From NCBI RefSeq assembly GCF_000281045.1, contig NW_008246081.1, forward strand, positions 526,719-546,718: DNA of 20,000 nt, read 5' to 3'. Source of the stretch: Saprolegnia diclina VS20. Taxonomy: Eukaryota. The position numbers and the translations under genes were made by a program. Each line of letters starts with the position of its first letter. The first letter of the stretch is position 1. The notes under the pieces are model-generated. The model was not told where the DNA came from, searched no databases, and saw only the letters and a list, made by a program, of their open reading frames with translations. Of the stretch, positions 1 through 9,169 are shown one piece after another.

Positions 1-604
1 CGTGCTCGTGCGACAAGCCAACGAGATTGGCATGCTCGAGTTTGGCTGCGACAAGGCGGTGACGCTCTCGACGCAGCCGCTCTCGGTCATTGCGAGCACG
101 AACCGACTGCAGTACACGGTCTCGCACTCGACGCAGGACGCAGCGATCCCGTCGTCGCTCACGGTTGGAATACCAGGTCGGGTCGCAGCTATTGACATGG
201 TGGCGTAGGTGGACGAGACGGGCGCGGTGCTAGACCTCGACTCTGCGATCTCGCGTCTGAACGAGTTTTGCCAGTCGCTGCCGCAGTTTGCCAAGTACAA
301 TTTGTCGCCGGTCTTTACGTTTAACGAGATGGTGACGCCCACGAAGCAGCGCCGCTTCCAAGCAAAGCTGCAGCTGCCCGCGCAGCTCGACCTGCCGCTG
401 TTTGAGACGCCGTTCATGACGTCCAAGGCGGTGGCCAAGGCGATCGCGGCGTTTCGCGCCTGCGAAGCGCTCTTCCTCCGCGGTGAGATCGATGCGCACC
501 TCAACCCTGTGCACCGCAACAAGAAGCTGCGGGACCTCACGACCATTGCACGGCTCACCCCGCCGCCCAAGCGCCCGAGAGGCAACGAGACGACGGTCTC
601 GTGA
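1..604 (+). CDS. 3' end of a protein with a C-terminal Dicer dimerisation (DUF283, dsRBD-like) domain; 5' part outside the window; probable intron 164..208
   Basis: Splicing GT(164)..AG(208), 45 nt, removes the in-frame TAG and gives ...PSSLT|VDETGAVLDLDSAISRLNEFCQSLP...P.F...F.AKLQLP...SKAVAKAIAAFRACEALFLRGEIDAHLNP. This matches the DUF283 pattern (TGA.L...SA+S.L..+C..LP; SK..AK..AAF.AC..L...GE+D.HL.P). Stop TGA 602-604. Confidence 0.8.
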
Positions 605-634
605 TGTGTAGTACACGTTTGGTTTTGTCAAGTG

Positions 635-1572
635 TTAGAGCATGAAGGCGAGGTCGGGGTTTTTGAGCCCGTCGCCAAAGTAGGCAAAGCCGTAGACGCT
701 CGAGCGGGGCTTGTGGAAGAAGAGCGTCCCCGGGTACTGCAAGTGGCGCAAGACAATCGCCGCGCCCGTGTTGTCCTTGCGCAGGTCCCAGACGCCGTCG
801 AGGTCGACCGAGATTGGATCGAGAAAGTCGGCTGCGCGCACCAAGCCGGGCTGCGACAGCGCGCTCTTGCGCTCGGCCGAGTCGGCCGGCCGGTAGTGGT
901 AGTAGCTGCTCAGCTGCTGCGCGCGGTCCCACGTGAGCCCTGCCTCCACAGTCATCGCAACGCCTGTGGATGTATTCTAGCCCACCTTGAAAGTGGCGGT
1001 TGGCCACGACGTGGTGCGTGGCCGAGACCACGTACGCGCCGCAGGGCACGATGGACGCCGCGTTATCAATGGCCTATACGCCCCATGAACGGTCGCGCAA
1101 GGCGGTTTGCGACGGCAAAGTACCTCGACGACGACGACAAGCCGGTCGACTTCGCGGAAGACGTCCTTGTTGTTGTCGTCTTGGCCGTCGTCGCTCTCGT
1201 CCATGGGGCGCGACGGATCGCCTTTGAGCCGCCCCGTGTACTTGGCGGCCTTGTCGCGCTTGTCTTTGGAGACTTCGGGAAACTGCTGCAGCTCGGGCGA
1301 CGTGTTGGTGCTAGCACACGAGTCGTGACGAGCGAGTAGGGAGGCGCGTACCAAAAGTAAAATTTCTTTGTCGGCACGTCGAGCGCGTCGACGTGGGCGA
1401 CGCAAACCACGTAGTCCTGCGCCTCGCCAAGGATCTTGCCCCAGAGCCGCATGCCCCCAATGTTCTCGGTCGCCTGGCGCCGGAGAAAGCCGATCTCAAG
1501 GTTCGAGCGCTCTTGCGCCGTGAGCGCGTAGCCGAGGCAGCGGCTCAGCACGTCCAAGTGGTCGAGCTCCAT
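635..1572 (-). CDS. RSPH9: Radial spoke head protein 9 (flagellar), ~266 aa; exons 1572-1352, 1310-1124, 1073-986, 939-635
   Basis: Three GT-AG introns (1311..1351, 1074..1123, 940..985) join ORF fragments into one frame: LWGKILGEAQDYVV...KKFYFC...GRLKGDPS...FREVDRL.VVVEAIDNAASIVPCGAY...NRHFQGL...DFLDPISVD..GVW...LRHLQYPG..FFH......YGFAYFGDGLKNPDLAFML, characteristic of RSP9. Confidence 0.92.
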
Positions 1573-2260
1573 GTCGCGTCGCAAATTGCACTTTGTGACG
1601 CTTCGTGGGCGGTCGCGATCTTATTTCATAGAAAATTCCCCATCGACGCGCGCCATGTGATGTTGGTCGACACTTGGGATACACTAGACCTGGCACGATA
1701 CCGCTGTGCAGCCGAGGGCAACTGCACCGTCGGCTTGCGCTCTGCCTGCACTGGGAATAGGACAGTGCCAAACGGCGCCCTCTTCAATGGCCAAGCACCT
1801 CGCTTGCACTGACGTTGCATCACCTTGTCGTGTTGCACCTCTTTGCGAAATCAAGTGCATATCAAGCAGCAAGCTACTTCAACATTCAACATTGAAGATC
1901 ATAGTTAAAGTTAAATGCTTCAATGCTTGCTAGGTTCATAGGATAACAAAAGTAATTCAGTTTTACATTTGCCACCAACTCACCACCAACAACGGCCTGC
2001 GTGGCACACCTCGACGCCGTCCTGTTCCGTTTAGCGGCGAAGAGAGCCGCCGCGTCATACTCGACTTGGTGTCACTCTTGCCCTCCCCGATGCGCTCGCT
2101 CTTCGTCGAGCCGCCTTGTCTTGGTGTGGTCCTGCTGTCTCACATACAGTCGACACGCGACAAAGGCTGCAGATCAACGCTAACGTCGCGACTGTCGTCG
2201 ACGGACGAGACGCTAGGGAAGGAGGGCGAGGTCCATCGTTCACACTACATACTTGTATAT

Positions 2261-2830
2261 TTATAAGTTAGGGGGGGCAGCGTCGCACGAGTGTAGCAAG
2301 GACACAAAGGCAGCAACCGTAGGCGGCAAGGCGCACGGTGGCAAGCGCGGAAGGATGGCGCGGAGGGCTTGCGTGCAAGGTCGCAGTGTGCAGAAGCTTT
2401 CGGATGTCATGTGTGGTCCGAGGGCCTCCATGGCGGCGTCGCAGTGTGGATTTCGCACTTCGGCGATCAGCGACTGCACGAGCGCGTCCTGTTCGGAGCT
2501 GCACGCCGTGTCAGCGCATGCGTTGACGAGGGCGGCGAGGTTGGTGGCCAAAGCGGCGTCGTCGTCGCGGGGCCAGCTACTGCAGGTCGAGAGCAGCGGT
2601 CGCGTCTCTCGCAAGTAGGCGACGCACGCCGGCGATGCACAGACTGCTGCGACGTCGGTCGGCGTCAGTGGTTCGCTCAGTGCCACGAGTGCGTCCATCG
2701 CGCACGCCCACGCGCCGTCGGTCGAGAGCGTGTCATGCAGTGCTGCTGACTCGACGGCGGTGCAGCGTTGGCTCGTCGCCAACGGTAGGAGCAGCGGGAA
2801 GGCGGCGCTGAGCAGCGCAAGCAGGCGCAT
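2261..2830 (-). CDS. Secreted cysteine-rich protein with two tandem elicitin-like domains, 189 aa
   Basis: Hydrophobic signal-peptide-like N-terminus (MRLLALLSAAFPLLLPLATS). Twelve Cys in two sets of six (23,43,64,69,83,105 and 110,130,147,152,166,182), each with the elicitin C-x4-C core (CASPAC, CTLRPC) followed by x13-C. Confidence 0.72.
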   Translation of the reverse strand: MRLLALLSAAFPLLLPLATSQRCTAVESAALHDTLSTDGAWACAMDALVALSEPLTPTDVAAVCASPACVAYLRETRPLLSTCSSWPRDDDAALATNLAALVNACADTACSSEQDALVQSLIAEVRNPHCDAAMEALGPHMTSESFCTLRPCTQALRAILPRLPPCALPPTVAAFVSLLHSCDAAPPNL

Positions 2831-3424
2831 GGCCGACTCTAATCTGAGACCGAAACGCCACCGTGGTTAAATATACTCCCGCACTTTCGAGTCCGGGTCA
2901 CCAAAGATCCTCGTGCGATAACGTTAGAGCAATGTACATCACCTGTGACTATTGTTGCCTTCTACAGTCCCAGGTCGCGTACTCGCCAAGAACGAGACGT
3001 AGGTCGCACCGAGGGGGACTCAGCAACACGGAGCTGGTATACGAGACACAGTTCGACTTTGTAGCTCAGTCATACCGTCCAGCATCACAGGTTACATGCT
3101 CTGGCTCATTCGCAAATGCATTCTCCTTGTGTTATATCGCCTTCAGGTGGTGGCGTGGTGGATCGCCCAAGCTGACGACAGCTCCGGTTTCGTGGAGGTT
3201 TGCTTGTGGCATGGGCGACTGCTGCACGTGGTGCTGGAGATACAAAGTGGTTGAAACGCAGCGCAGTGATGGTACTAGCCACAGAGCTTGGCCACAGGCA
3301 TCGATGGTGCCATGTGACCAGCAAGTGCAATTTGGCTCGGCCTGGATCATCCGGATATAATGGCAAGGTATCCGGAAAGCGACCTTGGGTTTGCCAGCCG
3401 CAAACCGACGAGTGGAGTGGTGCC

Positions 3425-5570
3425 ATGGACGCCAGCGGAGCCGCGATGGACCAGCCACGGAAGAAGCGCAGCCGCTTCAGCGAGGCCGTGGAGCCTGCGC
3501 CATCTGCTGCGGCCGTTGATACTGCGAAGCGTCCCAAGATCGATCCGGCGGCGCTCGCAAAAGCGGCCGCGGCCGCGATCTCCAAGCAGCTGCCAAAGCA
3601 CTTGGAGGCGACCGTCGGCGACGCCGAGCGCAAGAAGGCTGCACTCGAGCGGCTTGCTCGGCAGCAGCACTTGATCAAGTCCATGCAAGCACAGATTGGC
3701 CACGTCCAGGCTGCGGTGAGCAGCACGACCAATTCTTTGATTGGGCGCGGGTCGTTTCTCCCGGCGCCGCTGCTGCTCGATAACGAGGGCCGCCATATTG
3801 ACGCTGAAGGCAACGTGATTGAAGAAAAAGTGGCGCCCGTCGCGACTCTCAAGGCCAACTTGGGCGGTACGTCGCTGCATTTCCCGTACATACCATCTCA
3901 TGCATGCTGTAGCCGGCGCCGAGGCCGAGAAGGCCAAGCAAAAGAAGCCCGTGAACCCGTACCTTTCGTTCCGCAGCGTCGACCACCGAGACCGCGTCGA
4001 TACGGTCGACCCGCGCTTGAAGACACGCAACCGCGACACGTACGCTGATGCCCACGATGGTCCTTCACGGCGCTTGCTTCTAGGCGCGGCGCCAAGAACT
4101 TTACCTTTGTCAAGCAAGGCACATACATCAAGCAAGGCGAACAACTCCGTGCGCGCGAAGCCAAGAAAATGCTGGCGGGCTTCTCGTCCGGCCGCAACCC
4201 CAACGCGTACGTCAAGGAGTCCGTCGTGGACCTCGGTGACGACGAGGCTGGTGACGCCGCCGCCGCCGCCGCGACAGCCAACAGCCTCGAAGTGCCCATG
4301 AAGCTCGAAGAGCCAGTGCCCGAGGTCGAGTGGTGGGACATTCCGTACTTGTCCAAAGACAAACAAGAAATGCTGGACAAGAACGGGTTCCTCAAGGGCC
4401 GCGGCCGCTCCGACGTGATCGACTACGTCGCAGACATGAAGCTCAAGTATGCTGGCACCGCGCACTTGATTGAGCACCCAGCGCGCATCCGCGTCGGCCG
4501 GAAGGAGGCGCCCGTGACGCTGCCACTCATGCTGACAAAAGCGGTGGGTGTCTTGGTCTTTTGTTCGTTTGCACACTATTTGCGTGTGTAGGAGCGCAAG
4601 CGCATTCGTCGCACGGCCCGCGCCGAGCGACTCAAGGAGGTCCAAGACAAGATCGCACTGGGGCTTTTGCCCCCGCCGGAGCCCAAAGTCAAACTCAGCA
4701 ACATGATGCGCGTGCTCCAGGTACCTTTGTATCAATGTATCAAGCACCAGTGGACATATGCATGGGCGATAGGACCAAGCGGTATCGGACCCGTCGGCGA
4801 TCGAGCGCAAAGTCCGCGCCCAAGTCGCCCAGCGCGAGAAGAACCACGAGATGCGCAACTTGGCGCGCAAGCTCACGCCGGAAGAGCGCCGCGAGAAGAT
4901 CATGCGCAAGCTCAAGGCCGACGCGTCCGGCGACCTCCACGTCGCGCTCTTCCGGTACACTAGTACATGCCTATTACTACCTCTCATCGCAACATATATG
5001 GCGCGTAGGGCACCCGACCTCTCGCATCCGCAGCACCAGTTCAAGGTGGACGTGAACGCCCAGCAACTACACCTCACGGGTGCCGTCGTGACTGTCAAAG
5101 AGAACCCGGAGCTCAACCTCGTCGTTGTCGAGGGCGGCCCCAAGTCGATTAAGAGCTACGTCAAGCTCATGTGCCGACGCATCGACTGGGCCAAGCGGCC
5201 GCCCCCGCGCGCGCCCAAGGTCGACCCGATGGACGCCACCAACGACGACGATGCGCAGAACGAGACGGAGGAAGCCCTGACGCAAGACGAAGTGATGTCG
5301 GAAGCGACGCAGCCGGCGCTGAAACGACCCAAGAAGAAGGCCAAGTGCTACTTGGTCTGGAAGGGCATCGTCGCCAAGCGGGCGTTTGCTTCTTTCAAGT
5401 TTCAAGAATGCAAAACAGCCTCGACCGCGCGCAAGGTGCTCGAAGCCAAGCACGTGGAGCAGTACTGGGACATGATTGAGAGCTACAACCCGCTGCTCGA
5501 GAACCCGCACATGGCTGACGAAAACGAAAACGACGATGACGACGACGACGAGAGTGACGACGACGAATAA
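3425..5570 (+). CDS. PRP3: U4/U6 snRNP splicing factor Prp3, ~633 aa; introns 3867..3912, 4040..4083, 4544..4591, 4721..4772, 4955..5008
   Basis: Spliced product has Prp3 motifs: [137 protein letters not shown]. Acidic tail; TAA at 5568-5570. Confidence 0.95.
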
Positions 5571-5726
5571 CGCCGCTGGAGATACGAACCCTCGGTGAGC
5601 AACCCCAACCCTTGACTCTATTCGGTTCCTGGCTCGAGGTGCTACATGCCATGCGCATCCTAGTCGCTACGCACATGTTGGACCCGGATATAGACAATAT
5701 GTGCATGTGGTTACGAGGTATTACGT

Positions 5727-7070
5727 CTAGGCGAGCGCCTTGTAGCCCGTGTCGCGGCGCTTGACGACGCGGTGGACAAACATAGCGAGGAGGGCGAGGA
5801 CGGCGAGGAGGCCGCCAAAGGTCGGGAGGCGGAACGTGTACTGGGGCGCCGCGCTGGCGTTGGCGGCCGGCGCGACCGTCGCGGGATGCACGACCGGTGC
5901 GAACGTCGTGGGTTCGAAATTGCAGATCTGCTGCCACGTGCCTGTCTCGGCAATGTGGTTGGTGATGATCCCAGCAAACTCGTCGAGCGGACAGTCGAGG
6001 GCCGAGCACTTGGCGAGGTGCACGGCGTCGCGGCCCGTCTGGGGCGACCACAGGAACGTGTTGACAAAGAATTTGGCGTTGCGTTCGCGGACTTCAAAGA
6101 GCATGGTCGTGCCGGGGTGCAACGACGATGTGTTGAGCGCGGTCTGGAGACCCTTGAACTGGAAATCCCAGCCAAGCATCTTGCCGAGACCATGGAGCAT
6201 CTCGCGGTGCCCGTGGTACGAGTAGTACTTGAAGCCGCCTTCGTCGGGCGTCGGCCGCGTCGGCTGATGGACGTTCTTGAGGAGGAGGTCGGCAAAGCCG
6301 CCGACCCAGTAGGTTACTTGGCGCGGCGTCGAGTAGTAGCGCTCCATCAAGTGCGTGAACGACAGCTCTTCGATCTGCGTCTGGAGCTCGGGCGTGAGGC
6401 CGGCAAGGGGCGCGAGGCCTTGCTGCTGGTCGAACGTAAACATATCGGCAAGGTCCTTGATGCCCGTGATGATGTCTTCGCCGTCCGGGAGGTTGGGAAT
6501 GTCCCAGACGTTCACGCCGCAGAGTTTGCCAATCGCTTCGAGCATCGGTCGGTTCTGCTCAATGAGCTCGGCGCCGCGCGTGCTTTGGTAGAGGTTGATG
6601 TCGGCCTTGTTGACCGCCTTGCACGGGCCCTTGGGCGCAGCAAACTCGTGTTCGTTCTTGAGCAGCTGCATATAGACCGAGATGGGCTGCTTCTCAAAGC
6701 CCTTGGGGCCCGTGCCGTCCGGGTAGAGGCCATAGCCCATCGCAATCGCGCTCTGGCCGCAGCGGTCGGCCGAGTCGGCGCGAAAGTACGACTCGAAATG
6801 AAAGTGGTCCGGGCCGTTGATCGAGGGCGAGAGGAACTTGGCCTTGTGCACGTACTCATTCCGAACATGGTCGCCGGCGCGGCGCAGCTGCTCCATGCCG
6901 TACTCGGTGAGCTGCTCGGGCGGCACGTGGTACTTGGCAAAGTTGCCGAGGTTCTTGGGGCAGAGCGACTTGGCGATCGTGTTGGGCGCGCGGCTGCCGT
7001 GGCGCGTGAGGCTCAGCACGAGGCGAAGCTCGCTATCGGCCGTCGTCGTGTTGCTGCTGGGTGTCGACAT
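5727..7070 (-). CDS. Histidine acid phosphatase (branch 2) with C-terminal transmembrane helix, paralogue 1, ~447 aa
   Basis: Catalytic RHGSRAP; QLTEYGMEQL...G..+R..Y; YFRADSADRCGQSA; YYSYHGHRE; hydrophobic C-terminal segment FGGLLAVLALLAMFV followed by a basic tail ending GYKALA. Intronless; first ATG at 7070. Confidence 0.88.
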   Translation of the reverse strand: MSTPSSNTTTADSELRLVLSLTRHGSRAPNTIAKSLCPKNLGNFAKYHVPPEQLTEYGMEQLRRAGDHVRNEYVHKAKFLSPSINGPDHFHFESYFRADSADRCGQSAIAMGYGLYPDGTGPKGFEKQPISVYMQLLKNEHEFAAPKGPCKAVNKADINLYQSTRGAELIEQNRPMLEAIGKLCGVNVWDIPNLPDGEDIITGIKDLADMFTFDQQQGLAPLAGLTPELQTQIEELSFTHLMERYYSTPRQVTYWVGGFADLLLKNVHQPTRPTPDEGGFKYYSYHGHREMLHGLGKMLGWDFQFKGLQTALNTSSLHPGTTMLFEVRERNAKFFVNTFLWSPQTGRDAVHLAKCSALDCPLDEFAGIITNHIAETGTWQQICNFEPTTFAPVVHPATVAPAANASAAPQYTFRLPTFGGLLAVLALLAMFVHRVVKRRDTGYKALA

Positions 7071-7867
7071 GCCGCCTGCCACGGAAAAGCCAAAATGGAT
7101 CTCGCTCTGGATATGTCGTCGTTAAAAACAATCATCACGCTATACTTGGGATTCGTATCTAGAATAAAATGGTTTTAATAAAATATCCGACTCGGCAAAG
7201 TGGGCGGATGGCAATCACCGAATGTAGCCAATCAGCGACGCGCAAATCGCGCGATCTAGAACGGCCGATGATGTGCGATTGTAGTAAAAATAGCCGAAAA
7301 GCAGCGCGAAAACCAGAAATTTGAGAGATTTCTTCACTGTGTGACGGCTACTGCGCCGCCACAGTACGCTGTCGCTCATGATTTCTTGCCCTTGGAGAAC
7401 ACGCAACTGTACCGCTGGCGACGACGGGTGGCGACAGTGTGTCGCGTCAGATTCCATGTATCCGGATACAGATTCGAGGTGCAGACGCGTATTTTCAGTC
7501 CCAACGAGCGCGATGGGAGCATCGTCTGCGAGTAGTATACTGCCTGTTTGATGACGACGTTGTGCATTGGCGCTTCTCGCCAACTCGAGTGTGCCAAGGC
7601 TGCTTTGCGCCACCGCTGCCGTCCAGTACACTGCGGTGTGTGTTTGGCGCGTGTGCTGAAGGGTCGCGACGCCAATATGTTTCAGCGATCGGCGATCACC
7701 CGATCACCCGATTCACCGTCGCGCGACGGCCAGTCGTCCATCCTCTGTCAGGATTGTACAAATCTTCACGTACGCAGGTGCTCGACGGCGTCCATGGTGC
7801 GGCACCTGCGCTTCCCAACACGAGCCAACGATATGCTGGGTGCAACGACTCTATTTCTTATTCTTAT

Positions 7868-9169
7868 TTATGGCAATACGCGGTACTCGACAGCGCGCTT
7901 TGTGCGGCGGGTGGCGCTGTGAACGGCCATGGCCACAAACACCACGAGTGCGATGAAGGGCGCAACCGTGAGCAAGATCGAGTCGTACTCGATCGCCTCG
8001 TCGTCGACGGACGTTGCCAGCACGTCCTTGGGCGAACAAATGTCCACGTACGAGCCCGTGGCGTCGAGCTGGGCCTTGAAAATGCCGTTGAACTCGTCCA
8101 GCGGACAGTCAATGGACGAGCACTTGGCGAGACGCACGGCGTCGCGGCTGGTCTGCGGCGACCACACAAACGTGTTGACAAAGAATTGGCGCTTGCGTTC
8201 GCGAACCTCGAACGTCATGGTCGTGCCGGGGTGCAACGAGGAGGTGTTGAGCGCAACGGGGAGGCCCTCGAACTGGAAATCCCAGCCAAGCAACTTCCCG
8301 AGGCCGTGGAGCAGTTCGCGGTGCCCGTGGTACGAGTAGTACTTGTAGGTACCGTCGAGCGGCGTCGGCTGCGTCGCTTGGTTGAGGTTCTTGAGCAAGA
8401 GATCGCCAAACCCACCGACCCAGTACGTGACCTGCTCGGGCGTCGAGTAGTAGCGCTCCATGAGGTTCGTGAACGCGAGTTGCTCCATCTCGGCGCGAAT
8501 CTGCGAGGTGAGGCCCGGCAGCGGCGGGAGCCCGGCTTGCGCGTCAAACGTAAAGGCGTCCGCAATGTCCTTGATGCCCGTGATGACGTCTTCGCCGTGG
8601 GCCATGCTCGGAATCGACGGGATGTCCACGCCGCAGAGCGCACTTACGCTGTCGAGCAGCGCCTTCTTCTCGCGGAGGAGGTCCTGCGCACGGCTGCGCT
8701 CGTAGCGAAGGTCGTCGGCCTTGGCGACGGCGGCGCACGGCCCTTCGGTTGCGGCAAACTCGTGTTCGTTCTGGATGAGTTGCATGTAGATCGCAATCGG
8801 CTGCTTGGAGAAGCCCTTCGGGCCCGTCTCGTCCGGGTACAGGCCGTACCCGAGCGAGAGCGCGCTCTGGCCGCAGCGGTCGGCCGAGTCGGCGCGAAAG
8901 TACGTTTCGAAGTGCAGTCGCTCGGGGCCCGCAATCGACGGCGACAGGAATTTCTGGCGCTCGACGTACTCTTCGCGGATGTGGTTGCCGGCGAGGCGGA
9001 GCTGCTCCATGCCCTTCTCCGTCAGCTGGGCCGGTGGCACTTGGTACGCCTGCGCGTTGGCGGCGTTCGCGGGACAGAGCCGCTTGGCGATCGCGTTGGG
9101 CGCGCGGCTACCGTGACGAGATAGCGTCACGAGCACCTTGAGTTCGCTGCTGCTGCTCTTGTCCGTCAT
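7868..9169 (-). CDS. Histidine acid phosphatase (branch 2) with C-terminal transmembrane helix, paralogue 2, 433 aa
   Basis: RHGSRAP, QLTEKGMEQL, YFRADSADRCGQSA, YYSYHGHRE. Collinear and highly similar to 5727..7070. TM segment ILLTVAPFIALVVFVAMAV; tail ends EYRVLP. Confidence 0.88.
   Translation of the reverse strand: MTDKSSSSELKVLVTLSRHGSRAPNAIAKRLCPANAANAQAYQVPPAQLTEKGMEQLRLAGNHIREEYVERQKFLSPSIAGPERLHFETYFRADSADRCGQSALSLGYGLYPDETGPKGFSKQPIAIYMQLIQNEHEFAATEGPCAAVAKADDLRYERSRAQDLLREKKALLDSVSALCGVDIPSIPSMAHGEDVITGIKDIADAFTFDAQAGLPPLPGLTSQIRAEMEQLAFTNLMERYYSTPEQVTYWVGGFGDLLLKNLNQATQPTPLDGTYKYYSYHGHRELLHGLGKLLGWDFQFEGLPVALNTSSLHPGTTMTFEVRERKRQFFVNTFVWSPQTSRDAVRLAKCSSIDCPLDEFNGIFKAQLDATGSYVDICSPKDVLATSVDDEAIEYDSILLTVAPFIALVVFVAMAVHSATRRTKRAVEYRVLP

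Noticed and set aside
3050..3130. tRNA-like words GTTCGAC (3051) and GTAGCTCAGT (3061)
   Set aside because: The boxes are in the wrong order and no cloverleaf or acceptor stem can be formed.
2863..3424. 165-aa ORF 2863..3360 and a 5' extension of the PRP3 frame to 3200
   Set aside because: Non-ATG starts, no motifs, and composition unlike neighbouring genes; treated as divergent intergenic/UTR sequence.
5515..5570. GAC/GAT/GAA triplet run
   Set aside because: It encodes the acidic C-terminal tail of Prp3 and is not an independent repeat element.
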